55,890 nt of DNA from a virus (taxonomy: Duplodnaviria; Heunggongvirae; Uroviricota; Caudoviricetes), in the IMG/VR virus record IMGVR_UViG_3300044719_000150; one strand, written 5' to 3'. Of this stretch, positions 17,857-27,481 are shown piece after piece. The notes beneath the pieces were generated by a model, which was given only the letters and a program-made list of their open reading frames with translations, was not told the origin of the DNA and did not search any database. How positions within the stretch are numbered: the stretch's first letter is position 1; each line of letters starts with the position of its first letter. The translations under genes and the position numbers were made by a program.

Positions 17857-17868
17857 ATAACGTATCAC
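17857..17868 (-). promoter_or_regulatory. Recurrent motif GTGATACGTTAT
   Basis: One mismatch to consensus; 6 nt upstream of unit 17811-17850. Confidence 0.7.
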
Positions 17869-17886
17869 ATCTTCCGGAGGTGCGCC

Positions 17887-18357
17887 ATGGCCGGACTCTT
17901 CAGCTTCATTCACGACGAGAGCGAGCTGCGCGGCCTTGGCTCCGAGTTCAAGTGGATCACCGAGGCCACCATGCGCGCCGAGCTGATCAAGGGCCCCGTC
18001 CTGCGGGAACTCCAGCGCGAGACGCCGGTCGCCAAGAAGCCGATCAAGGGGCACGAGCCCGGCTTCCTGCGCGACAACATCCGGGGCGAAGTCATCTCGG
18101 GCGCGGGCGCGGTCGGGGTGCGCTATAGCACGGACGTTGACTACGCGAGCATTGTCGTGGACGGCAGCGGGCCGCACGAGATCACCCCGCGCAACGCCCG
18201 CTACCTGCACTGGGTCGATGAGAACACCGGCGAGGACGTCTTCCGCTCCCGCGTCTGGCACCCCGGCACGCAGCCCAACGACTTCCCCGGCCGCACGGCC
18301 GACCGCGTTATGCCGCTGGTGGAATCCGCCTTCGGCACCGTATTCGAAAGGTTCTGA
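17887..18357 (+). CDS. HK97 gp10-like neck protein
   Basis: TPV...GFLRDNI, DYASIVVDGSGPHEITP...VWHPGTQPNDF. Confidence 0.8.
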   Translation: MAGLFSFIHDESELRGLGSEFKWITEATMRAELIKGPVLRELQRETPVAKKPIKGHEPGFLRDNIRGEVISGAGAVGVRYSTDVDYASIVVDGSGPHEITPRNARYLHWVDENTGEDVFRSRVWHPGTQPNDFPGRTADRVMPLVESAFGTVFERF

Positions 18358-18358
18358 T

Positions 18359-18676
18359 ATGCCGACCGCCCAGCGCAAGAACGCTGATGCCGACGCTCCG
18401 GCCGACGCCGCGCCCGTGGCCGACGCGCCAGCGCCCGTGGAGGAGGCCGCCGCTGAGTCCGCTGCGGCCGAAGCCCCACAGGCCGAAGCGCAGCCGCCGC
18501 ACCCGGATGACCTCTGGCAGCACGACGAGCGGGTGGAGCTGATCTTCACCGGCGAGAGCGGCACCATCATCTTCCCGATGGCCGCGCTGACCAACGGCCA
18601 GACGGTCCCCGTACCGAAGACGCTGGTGGAGAGCTACCTGCGCACCAGGCTTTTCACGACGCCCGACCAGGCGTAA
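18359..18676 (+). CDS. Hypothetical protein with an Ala/Pro/Asp-rich N-terminus
   Basis: ATG at 18359, directly after the gp10-like stop. Confidence 0.65.
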   Translation: MPTAQRKNADADAPADAAPVADAPAPVEEAAAESAAAEAPQAEAQPPHPDDLWQHDERVELIFTGESGTIIFPMAALTNGQTVPVPKTLVESYLRTRLFTTPDQA

Positions 18677-18703
18677 TCATCCCTTTAACACGCCTGGAGG
18701 TGT

Positions 18704-20143
18704 GTGCCGAACCCTGTCGTCGAGCGCTGGGGCTCGCTGTCTGCCACCGGTGTCGCCCGCGAGGCGGCGTTCGGTACGCCCCTGACGCCAACTTCTTTCA
18801 TCCCCTGCACCGGCAACGAGCTTCAGCTCGACGTCGGCCTGTTCTCCCCGCACGTCATGTTCGGCCAGAAGGATCTCAACACCTTCCCGCTGTACGGCCA
18901 GTACAAGATGTCCGGCAGCATCACCGCACCGGCCTGGCCGACCAACGGCGCGACGCTGATCTCCGCCTCGATCGGCCCTGACGCCTCAGTCGGTTACGGC
19001 GTGGCGGCCCCGACGCCCGTGACCAACACGGCCACGACGCTCAACGGCGGCGTGAGCGCGGGCGCGACGACGATCACCGTGGCTTCCGGCACCGGCTTCG
19101 CCATCGGCCAGCAGATCGCCATCGACACCGGCGGTCTACTGGAGATCCGCAAGATCTCCAACGTGGTCACCACCACGATCACCCTGGCCGACCCGCTGAC
19201 GTTCGCGCACGCCACGGGCGTGGCCGTGGTCACCGGGGCCCCGACGACGACGCTGAACGGCGCCACCTCCGCCAACGCCACCACGGTCATCGTGACCTCG
19301 GCGACCGGCATCAGCATCAACACGATCATCCAGATCGACGTCAACTCCCCGACGGGTTCGACGACCTCGGAGATCCGCAAGGTCACCGCGATCTCCACCA
19401 ACACGCTGACGCTTGACGTGGCCCTGACGTACGCCCATGCCAACGCGGCCAACGTGTGGATCGTGGCGGCCCCGTACTTTCACAACATCCAGCAGGCCAA
19501 CACCCTCGGCTCGCTGACCGTGGAGAAGGATCTGGGCTCCTACGAGTCGCTCCAGTTCGCGGGCTGCCGCGTCAACAAGCTGGGCGTCTCCATGGCGACG
19601 ACCAATACCGAGGGCACGCTCACGGCTGACCTGATGGCCAAATCCGTGGCAGTCCTCACGACGGGCGCGATCAGTCCGATCTCAATCGTCAACGAGTCCC
19701 CGTGGGTGTTCGCGGAGTCCACGGTCACCCTGTTCGGCCAGGCCGTGACGCAGGCGATCAGCGTAGAGCTGTCGATCGAGAACGGTGTCAAGGACACCTA
19801 CACGATGAACAGCTCGCACAACCCGCAGTTCCTCACGCCGGTCACCCGCGCGATCAGCGGCAAGATCGACGTGGTCTTCACTTCGTTCGACGACGCCACC
19901 TGGGGCTACTACAACCAGATGGTCGCCGGGACCAGCGGTTCGCTGCTGACCACTTTCGTGCACCCGTCCTCGGGCGGCACGATGACCTTCTACATGCCGA
20001 AGGTCGTGCTCGCCAAGACGCCGGACTCGGTGAAGATGGAAGACATCATCACCACCTCGCTGGAGTTCACGGCGTTCCTGAACATCCCGACGCTCCAGAC
20101 GATCAGCGCGTACATCCTCAACACGTCGTACCTCGCAGTGTAG
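18704..20143 (+). CDS. Major tail (tube) protein with two inserted beta modules
   Basis: GVAREAAFGTP start, SLTVEK, GCRVNKL and ISGKIDVVF tube-type motifs; tandem TTLNG...EIRK...AHA repeats. Confidence 0.85.
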   Translation: MPNPVVERWGSLSATGVAREAAFGTPLTPTSFIPCTGNELQLDVGLFSPHVMFGQKDLNTFPLYGQYKMSGSITAPAWPTNGATLISASIGPDASVGYGVAAPTPVTNTATTLNGGVSAGATTITVASGTGFAIGQQIAIDTGGLLEIRKISNVVTTTITLADPLTFAHATGVAVVTGAPTTTLNGATSANATTVIVTSATGISINTIIQIDVNSPTGSTTSEIRKVTAISTNTLTLDVALTYAHANAANVWIVAAPYFHNIQQANTLGSLTVEKDLGSYESLQFAGCRVNKLGVSMATTNTEGTLTADLMAKSVAVLTTGAISPISIVNESPWVFAESTVTLFGQAVTQAISVELSIENGVKDTYTMNSSHNPQFLTPVTRAISGKIDVVFTSFDDATWGYYNQMVAGTSGSLLTTFVHPSSGGTMTFYMPKVVLAKTPDSVKMEDIITTSLEFTAFLNIPTLQTISAYILNTSYLAV

Positions 20144-20173
20144 GTTGTCTGAGCATCCCCATACGATATAAGC

Positions 20174-20761
20174 ATGAGTACATCATGTAGTGTTGATGAC
20201 TGCGGGAAAGTGGTCTTTGCGCGCGGCTGGTGCCAGGGCCACTACACCCGCTGGTTGAAGTATGGGGACGTTCAATCCGGCCTCAAGCTGACCTCGAAGA
20301 TTCGCGGTGACGCCGAGGCGCGCTTCTTTCAGAAGGTCGTCAAGACTGGACCGGTGCCAGCACAACGGCCCGAGCTTGGTGCCTGTTGGCTATGGAGGGG
20401 CGCTTCCATGACCGGCTATGGGCGCCTGAAGATTGATAACGAATACAGGTTGGCCCATCGCCTGTCCTACGAATGGTTCTGTGGGCCCATTGGAGAAGGT
20501 CTGACGATCGACCACCTCTGTCGTGTCACGCTCTGCGTCAATCCAGCGCATCTGGAAGCAGTCTCCGCTGGAGAGAATACGCGCCGCGCCGCACAAGCGA
20601 GAACTGCGTGCAAGAATGGGCATGAATATACCGAAGACAATGTCCGTACGTGGTCGCGTGGCAAGAGGGTCGCGAGGGTCTGTCGAAAATGCAGAACTGA
20701 GCGTGCACAAAGGAACCGTGACCTGCTACTTGAAGCGATAGCAAGAGAGGGTAAGGATTAG
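20174..20761 (+). mobile_element. HNH homing endonuclease gene (HNH_3 type) between tail tube and chaperone genes
   Basis: CWLWRG...GYGRL...AHRLSY...IDHLCRVTLCVNPAHLEAVSAGEN; visibly lower GC. Confidence 0.9.
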
Positions 20762-21208
20762 ATGGACGTAAGCCCGTACGAGGGCACCGTCGAGGTGCCG
20801 GTCGGCAACGGCGGCGTGGTCATCATGCGCGAGCGCATCCCCGGAGGCGAGCGCGAGGCGGCCGACAAGGTGCGTACCCGCGTGCGCTCCAACGCCAAGG
20901 CGGCGCAGAAGGACGGTAAGATCGCGGCCGAGGACATCTCCGTGGAGACGGAGATCGACGAGGCCGCCTACCACCTGGCGCTGCTGTGCTCGTTCGTCGT
21001 CAGCTGGAACCTGACGCGCCACGGCATGCCGATCCCGCTCTCTCCGCCAGAGGCGAAGGCCGAGTCCATCAAGGGCCTGCCGGACCCTATCTACACTCCG
21101 CTGGTCAAGAAGGCCCTGGAGCTGGTGGAGGCGGCGACCCGCACGACCGAGGAACAGTCCCAGTTTCGCGGCGGCGGCGCTGACGGCGGCCCGTACGGGC
21201 TCCACTAA
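20762..21208 (+). CDS. Tail assembly chaperone (G-like)
   Basis: Position before the tape measure gene; 148 aa. Confidence 0.75.
   Translation: MDVSPYEGTVEVPVGNGGVVIMRERIPGGEREAADKVRTRVRSNAKAAQKDGKIAAEDISVETEIDEAAYHLALLCSFVVSWNLTRHGMPIPLSPPEAKAESIKGLPDPIYTPLVKKALELVEAATRTTEEQSQFRGGGADGGPYGLH
21161..21170 (+). other. Candidate +1 ribosomal frameshift site CAG-TTT-CGC
   Basis: A TTT to TTC slip enters the +1 frame, which is open to 21458. Confidence 0.55.
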
Positions 21209-21458
21209 CAACCCTTTCGTGGCACGTGTCTGGCTTCGCCGGGCGTTCTGGAAGAATTTCGGCCAGAACCTCGACGAAGCCTGGCGCACGTGGCCGGAGC
21301 AGGAGTTCCACGACGCGCTCAGCGTCCTGAACGCCGAGGCTGCCACCAGTAAGTCCGGCTCCGGCGGGTCGGCCAGCATCCCCTCGGAGACCACGCAGGC
21401 GAATTTCGACGCCCTGCCGCGCCAGCCGCGCGAAACACCTCCTGAACCGGAGTCCTAA
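21165..21458 (+). CDS. Tail chaperone C-terminal extension (T-like), probably made as a GT fusion
   Basis: +1 frame FAAAALTAARTGSTNNPFVARVWLRRAFWKNF...; no clear RBS before GTG 21219. Confidence 0.6.
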   Translation, partial: FAAAALTAARTGSTNNPFVARVWLRRAFWKNFGQNLDEAWRTWPEQEFHDALSVLNAEAATSKSGSGGSASIPSETTQANFDALPRQPRETPPEPES

Positions 21459-21470
21459 TACAGGGGGTGT

Positions 21471-24400
21471 GTGAGCGACAAGGTCACGCGGGTCCTGCTG
21501 GAAATCATGGCCATCGACAAGGCCACCACGGTCCTCAAGACCATGATGAACTCGCTCCAGGGCTGGGCCGACACGATGAACGGCGTCGGGGCGAAGACGG
21601 AGCTGACCTCCGAGGAACTGGAAATCGCGCAGGTCCGGCTCCAGGGCGCCTCGGACGCGCAGACGGCCGCGCTGGAGGCTCAGGCAGCCGCCCTGGGCAA
21701 GCTTGAGGCGGCGCAGGCCACCGTGGCCGAGCAGCAGGCCGCCGAGATCGCGTACATCCAGGAGGCTACCCTCGCCCGACAGGAGGCCGCTGCCGCGAAC
21801 GCGGCGGATGCCGCAGACCTGCTGGAGTACGCCGCCGCTGCCGAAAAGGCCGCCGCGCAGACCGCCATCGCCGTCAAGGCCTCCGTGGACGAGCAGGTCG
21901 CCGCCTACGACAAGCTGATGGCAGCCGACGCCCTGGTGGCCAAGCGCTCCCAGCAGGTCGCCGACGCCCAGATCGCTGCTGGCGAGGAGGGCGCGGCTGC
22001 CACCTCTGCCGGTCTCGGCAAGGTCGGCCCGATCATGCTGGCCGCCGGTGCCGCCGCCGCCTTCCTCGCGGTGAAGACCACGAAGATGGCGGCCGACTTC
22101 CAGACCTCGATCGTGAAGCTGGTCACCTCCGCCGGTGAGTCCAAGTCTGCGATGGACCTGGTCAGCGCGGGCGTTCTGAATGTCAGTAGCCAGACCGGCA
22201 TTTCCGCCGAGGAGCTGGCCAAGGCGCTTTACTTCGTGGACTCCGCTGGCATCCACGCCGCCGACTCCATCAAGGTGCTGACGGCTGCCGCGAAGGGCGC
22301 GCGCGATGAGCAGGCCGACACCGCCACTGTCACCAACGCCCTCACGACGATCCTGAAGAACTACAACCTGTCGGCCGACCAGTCCACCACGGTCATGAAC
22401 GAGATGATCCAGGCGATCTCTCTCGGCAAGATGAACCTCCAGGACTTCGCTGCTTCGCTCTCCTCGGTCCTGCCGATCGCCGCCGCGAACAACATCAGTT
22501 TCCAGCAGGTCGGCGCGGCGCTGGCGACGATGACGGCGAAGGGCATGTCGGCGCAGCAGGCCGCCGACAACCTCGCCTTCTCGATCCGCGCGTTGCAGAA
22601 GCCGAACGGTGTGGCGATCACCGAGTTGGGCCAGCTGGGCCTGTCGGCGACGCAGGTGCAGAAGTCCCTGGGTACGGGACCGGACGGCCTGAGCAACACC
22701 CTCAACCTGCTGAGCGAGACAGTCCTGAAGAAGATGGGCCCGTCGGGCACGCTGCTGCTGAGCGTGTTCAACCAGTCGAAGGACATCGCGCTCAAGGCGA
22801 AGATGATGTTCGACGCCATGCCGCCGAGCCTCCAGAAGCTGGCCAGCTCGCTGGAGAACGGGACGATCAGCGCCCACCAGTGGGCGCTGGCGATCCGCAA
22901 CCTCAGCGGGTCCGACCAGAAGGTGATGCAGCAGTTCGCCACGATGTTCGAAAGCTCGCAGGCTTTCGCCAACCAGGTGACGAGCAAGGCGACCCCGGCA
23001 ACGCAGACCTACGCCACCGCCATGTCGAACCTGATGGGCGGCGCGGCAGGCCTCAACACCGCCCTGATGCTGGTCAGCAAGCAGGGTGTAGGCGACTTCA
23101 CCACCAATGTCCAGAAGATGGACGCGGTGGCGGGCCGGGCGAATAAGGAAGTTGACGGCTGGGCCGAGGTTCAGGGCACCTTCAACCAGAAGATGTCGGA
23201 GGCCAAGCAGAGCCTGATCAACACGGGCATCGCCATTGGCCAGGTGCTGCTGCCATACGCCACGAAGTTCCTGGATCTTATCATGGAGATCCTCACGCCC
23301 ATCGGGCAGTGGATCTCCGCGCACAAGCAGCTGATCGCCACGATCCTCGCCATCGCTGGCCCCTTCCTGATGGCGCTCGGCATCTTCATGACGCTCACGA
23401 AGATCATGGGACTGGCCCACGCGGCGGTGCTCGCCTTCAAGGCGGCATTGGTCATCCTTGAAGACACGGACCCGATCATCTTGGCCTTGACTGCCGTGAT
23501 CATGACCGTCTTCCTGATGGTCAAGTACTGGAAGCAGATCAAGGAAGCCATCGAATTCGCCTGGAATTGGATCAAGGCCCACGCGGGCGAGACGGCGGCT
23601 GCCCTCACCCTGCTGCTCGGCCCCATGGGACTCATCCTGGGCGCGGCGCTGGAGATCTACACGCATTGGCGGCAGGTCAGCGCGTTCTTCAGCAAGATGT
23701 GGAAAGACATTTCCACGGACACGAAGGCTGCCTGGGGCGCGATCCAGGGCGCGCTGGAAAAAGCGTGGAACTGGATGACCGGCGCGTGGAATTCCACCGG
23801 CGGAAAGCTCGTCACCGACATCGCCCGCGACTGGGAGAAGGTCTCTGGCGCGGTTAGCAAGGAATGGGACCGGATTTACGGCGACCTGTCGCAGATCTGG
23901 AACGAGCTGGTCACCCTGTGGAATGACACAGGCGGAAGGCTCGTATCCCTCGTCTCTGATAACTGGGATGCCATTAAGATCGCCACCGACGAGGTGTGGA
24001 ATCCCATCTGGAAGCTCCTCAAGGGAGTTTTCGACATCATCACCGGAAACACGCGCCTATTCCTGAGTTTTATGACGACGGGATTCCGCGTCGCCTGGGA
24101 TGTCATCAGGGGAGTGACGAACCTTTTCTGGGACTGGTTCACCGGGTACCTGAAGGCTGGCTGGGATTACGTGTCCGGCCTTTTCCGGGGCGCCTGGGAT
24201 ATCATCGAGGGCCTGTTCAAGGGCATGTGGGACGCGGCGACCACCACCGCGAAAGTGGCCTGGGATATCATTACCGGTGTCATCAACACGGCCCTAGACT
24301 TCATTAAGGGAATACTCCAGGTATTCATCGACCTGGTTACCGGCAAATGGGGCAAGATGTGGAGCGACGCCCAAAAGGTGTTCTCCACCGTCTGGAACGA

Positions 24401-25079
24401 TATCGGCGATACCGCGAACAAGATCCTCAACAAGATCACCGGCTTCTTCACCAAGGCCGCCGGTGATATATCCAGTGGATTCATCAGCGGCATCGAATCC
24501 ATTGTCTCCGGAGCCGGAAAAGCCCTGGGCGACATCTGGAACACCGTCACGGGGTTCTTCAGCGACGCCATCCACTGGCTGGAGCAGGCGGGCAAGGATC
24601 TCATCCAGGGCCTGATCAACGGTATCGAGAACTGGGCCAGCAACCTGTGGGACACCCTTGGCAACCTCGCCAGCGGAATCCTCGGGAAAATCGGCAACTT
24701 CCTGGGCCTCGGCTCGCCGTCGCGCATCACGCACCAGTACGGCATCTACCTGGTCGAGGGGCTCGTCAACGGCATCAACGCCTCGGCGGGCAAAGCCGCG
24801 AACGCGGCGCGCGGCCTTGCGCTGGGCGTCCTTGCGGGCACGCGGGGCACGCTGGGCAACATCACCCTGGCCTCGGCCGGAGTGGGTTCGGGCGGCCTGT
24901 TCGCGGGGTCCGCAGCAGGCTCCTCGGGCCGTGCTGCCACCAATGTGACGCTGGACCTCCGGGGTGCCCAGATCGCCGGTCCACAGTCGGTCAGGTGGAT
25001 CACCGATCAGATCGACAAGAACTTCGTCCAGAAGGTCGTCCCGACCGCCGGGGTCACCTTGCGGCGCACTGGGGGGTGA
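21471..25079 (+). CDS. Tape measure protein
   Basis: 1202 aa, Ala-rich and helical; TP901-like core; periodic Trp repeats. Confidence 0.95.
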   Translation: MSDKVTRVLLEIMAIDKATTVLKTMMNSLQGWADTMNGVGAKTELTSEELEIAQVRLQGASDAQTAALEAQAAALGKLEAAQATVAEQQAAEIAYIQEATLARQEAAAANAADAADLLEYAAAAEKAAAQTAIAVKASVDEQVAAYDKLMAADALVAKRSQQVADAQIAAGEEGAAATSAGLGKVGPIMLAAGAAAAFLAVKTTKMAADFQTSIVKLVTSAGESKSAMDLVSAGVLNVSSQTGISAEELAKALYFVDSAGIHAADSIKVLTAAAKGARDEQADTATVTNALTTILKNYNLSADQSTTVMNEMIQAISLGKMNLQDFAASLSSVLPIAAANNISFQQVGAALATMTAKGMSAQQAADNLAFSIRALQKPNGVAITELGQLGLSATQVQKSLGTGPDGLSNTLNLLSETVLKKMGPSGTLLLSVFNQSKDIALKAKMMFDAMPPSLQKLASSLENGTISAHQWALAIRNLSGSDQKVMQQFATMFESSQAFANQVTSKATPATQTYATAMSNLMGGAAGLNTALMLVSKQGVGDFTTNVQKMDAVAGRANKEVDGWAEVQGTFNQKMSEAKQSLINTGIAIGQVLLPYATKFLDLIMEILTPIGQWISAHKQLIATILAIAGPFLMALGIFMTLTKIMGLAHAAVLAFKAALVILEDTDPIILALTAVIMTVFLMVKYWKQIKEAIEFAWNWIKAHAGETAAALTLLLGPMGLILGAALEIYTHWRQVSAFFSKMWKDISTDTKAAWGAIQGALEKAWNWMTGAWNSTGGKLVTDIARDWEKVSGAVSKEWDRIYGDLSQIWNELVTLWNDTGGRLVSLVSDNWDAIKIATDEVWNPIWKLLKGVFDIITGNTRLFLSFMTTGFRVAWDVIRGVTNLFWDWFTGYLKAGWDYVSGLFRGAWDIIEGLFKGMWDAATTTAKVAWDIITGVINTALDFIKGILQVFIDLVTGKWGKMWSDAQKVFSTVWNDIGDTANKILNKITGFFTKAAGDISSGFISGIESIVSGAGKALGDIWNTVTGFFSDAIHWLEQAGKDLIQGLINGIENWASNLWDTLGNLASGILGKIGNFLGLGSPSRITHQYGIYLVEGLVNGINASAGKAANAARGLALGVLAGTRGTLGNITLASAGVGSGGLFAGSAAGSSGRAATNVTLDLRGAQIAGPQSVRWITDQIDKNFVQKVVPTAGVTLRRTGG

Positions 25080-25082
25080 GCC

Positions 25083-26474
25083 GTGTCCACGTCTCTTCAG
25101 CTCTTGATCAACGGTACAGACTATACGCAGTACCTTGAGCAGGGGACGTGGACCATCACCCAGCAGTACACCCGGCAGGGCGACACGGCGACGTTCTACC
25201 TTGCGGACGAGTTCCAGAACGAGCCGAACACCCCGCCCCTGCCGAATGTCTACGTTCCGGCGATGGCCACGGTCACTTTCACCGACCTGGGCTTGAACCA
25301 GGTGCTGTTCGCTGGCCTGGCCACCGCCCCGGAGGTCCAGTTCGAGGGTCCGAACAGGCTGTACTGGACGATCCAGTGCACCGACTGGACCTACTTCGCC
25401 GACCACGGGCTGATCACCGGCGACTTCGTGAATTTCACGGTGGACCAGATCGTGCTGATGCTGGTCGCGCAGGCCAACTGCGGGATCAATGCCGCCAAGG
25501 CGTCCAGCGGCGGGTTCGTGCAGCCCGGACCCGTCATCCCGCGCATCCAGTTCGTCTACAGCACCCTGAGCAACGCGCTGGTCAGCCTGATCTCGGTGGC
25601 CAGCACGTACACTTCCTGGGGCTGGTATGTGGACGAGAGCAGGAACCTGCATTTCGCCCCCCTGACAGACGTGGTGAACACCGGCGTCACGTTCACCTAC
25701 GACATCACCAAGAGTCCGGGAAACACGCTGGGCCACTACGACGCGGAGAATTTCTCCTACACCTGGGATGGCACACAGCTGCGCAACCGCGCGGTGGTGC
25801 GCGGGGCTTCGTTCTCCACGCTCCAGACCGACACCTGGTACGGCGACGGCGTCACCACCCAGTGGGCTATCTCCCAGGTCCCCGACACCTCCCGCGTCTC
25901 CAGCGCCACCCTGACCATCGCGGGCACGAAGACCGGCGTCTCCATCCAGTCCGGAACGAGCGCCACCACGCCCTTCGTGATCGTGCAGAACAACATCGGT
26001 GCCTGGTTCCTGGTGGTCAACGCGGGCGTCGGCAGTATCCCGACCACCGGCCAGGCGGTCGTGCTCAAGTATTACTACACGGCGCCGATTATCACGCAGG
26101 TGGACAATATCCCCAGCGAGGCGCTGTATTCCTCGCTGCCGAACCACGGCGTGTTCGCCACGTATATCTTGGACATCAACCTCAAGACGCTCGCCTCGGC
26201 GCAGCAGCGCGGACAGGCCGAGGTCTATTCCTTCGGCCTGCCGGAGGAGCGCGTTCAGTTCCAGAGCACTGAGACGTTCACCGGGCACGTGCGCGCGGGG
26301 CAGATCATCACCTGGGTCAGCGATGTCACGCCGAACTCCAGCAATAGCGGCAATCCGGGGATCAGCGACACCTTCCTGATTATCCAGAACACCATCGCCT
26401 CAAGCCAGCACGGCTGGTACTACCGCACATACAACATCACCGCAGCGCGCACCAGCCTTTCCGTGGGCATCTAG
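25083..26474 (+). CDS. Tail tip / baseplate hub-like protein
   Basis: Immediately after the tape measure gene; WGWYVDESRNLHF motif. Confidence 0.7.
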   Translation: MSTSLQLLINGTDYTQYLEQGTWTITQQYTRQGDTATFYLADEFQNEPNTPPLPNVYVPAMATVTFTDLGLNQVLFAGLATAPEVQFEGPNRLYWTIQCTDWTYFADHGLITGDFVNFTVDQIVLMLVAQANCGINAAKASSGGFVQPGPVIPRIQFVYSTLSNALVSLISVASTYTSWGWYVDESRNLHFAPLTDVVNTGVTFTYDITKSPGNTLGHYDAENFSYTWDGTQLRNRAVVRGASFSTLQTDTWYGDGVTTQWAISQVPDTSRVSSATLTIAGTKTGVSIQSGTSATTPFVIVQNNIGAWFLVVNAGVGSIPTTGQAVVLKYYYTAPIITQVDNIPSEALYSSLPNHGVFATYILDINLKTLASAQQRGQAEVYSFGLPEERVQFQSTETFTGHVRAGQIITWVSDVTPNSSNSGNPGISDTFLIIQNTIASSQHGWYYRTYNITAARTSLSVGI

Positions 26475-26483
26475 GAGCGGGGC

Positions 26484-27476
26484 ATGCCGGGCCGCAACTA
26501 CACCTTGCAGGATCTCTTCGCCAATATCGCGGGCTCGATCAACGCGAACGTGGACACCTCGACGCAATTCGAGGTGGTTGACAACTTCGTCAACGACAGC
26601 GAGATCCTGATCCTCAACGAGAGCGCCTCGCCGCCCTCGTTCACCACCTCCACGAACTACCCGGTCCTGATCGACGCGGAGTATCCTATAGCGTATTGGC
26701 GGCTGGCGGAGAGCGCGGGCGGCGTCGCCTTCGACTCGAACCAGGGCCTTTATTCCATCTACCCGCGCATCAACTCCTCGTCGATGACGGGCGTCACACA
26801 GGGCGCAGGCAGCTTCCTGTCCCACTCGAAGGCCGCCCAGTTCACCGCCTCCACCAGCGCGATCGTCTTCCCGAACGGCAGCTCGATCCAGATCACCGGC
26901 GACCTGACGGTGGAGTTCTGGGCGTTCTTCACCTCTTTCAGCACCAGCGGCACCGCATACGGCCTGGTGACCAAGGACGGCGCCAGCTTCGGCACCGGCG
27001 AATACGGCGTCTACCTGTTCAACAACTCCGGCACAGGGCAGATCAGGTACGCGCAGAACGGCGGCATGGCCACGCTCACCGCCGGTTCGCTGAGCCTGAA
27101 CACCTGGTACCACGTGGCGGTGGTGCGCGACGGTACCGCGAAGACCGTGACGATCTACATCAACGGCACCTCGGCCGGTTCCGGCTCGTACGCCACAGCG
27201 CCGACCGGCACGACGAACAGCGTCGTGCTCGGCAACAACTCGACCTCGGCGGTCGCCGCCACGCCGATGTCCCTGACCGAGGTCGCCCTCTACGCCAAGC
27301 CACTGTCCTCTTCGCAGGCCTCCTCGCACCATTCCTGGGGTGCCGCGACGGACGCGCTGGCGACGGCCTACGGGGGCCTGTCCTCGCTCTACGGCACGTT
27401 CCCCTATCCGTCCCTCACGCACCCCACGACGACCAGCTATGGCGCGGCGCTGTGGGGCACCGCGACGTGGAAGTAG
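26484..27476 (+). CDS. Minor tail protein with a LamG/concanavalin-A-like domain
   Basis: PIAYWRLAE, LTVEFW, LNTWYHVAVV, TIYING and EVALY LamG motifs. Confidence 0.85.
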   Translation: MPGRNYTLQDLFANIAGSINANVDTSTQFEVVDNFVNDSEILILNESASPPSFTTSTNYPVLIDAEYPIAYWRLAESAGGVAFDSNQGLYSIYPRINSSSMTGVTQGAGSFLSHSKAAQFTASTSAIVFPNGSSIQITGDLTVEFWAFFTSFSTSGTAYGLVTKDGASFGTGEYGVYLFNNSGTGQIRYAQNGGMATLTAGSLSLNTWYHVAVVRDGTAKTVTIYINGTSAGSGSYATAPTGTTNSVVLGNNSTSAVAATPMSLTEVALYAKPLSSSQASSHHSWGAATDALATAYGGLSSLYGTFPYPSLTHPTTTSYGAALWGTATWK

Positions 27477-27481
27477 GTGCC

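Noticed and set aside
9735-26288. Long minus-strand ORFs (9735-12014, 12993-14108, 21105-23666, 24294-26288) and similar overlapping ORFs elsewhere
   Set aside because: Typical stop-poor shadow frames of high-GC coding DNA, opposite well-supported genes and with no recognisable motifs.
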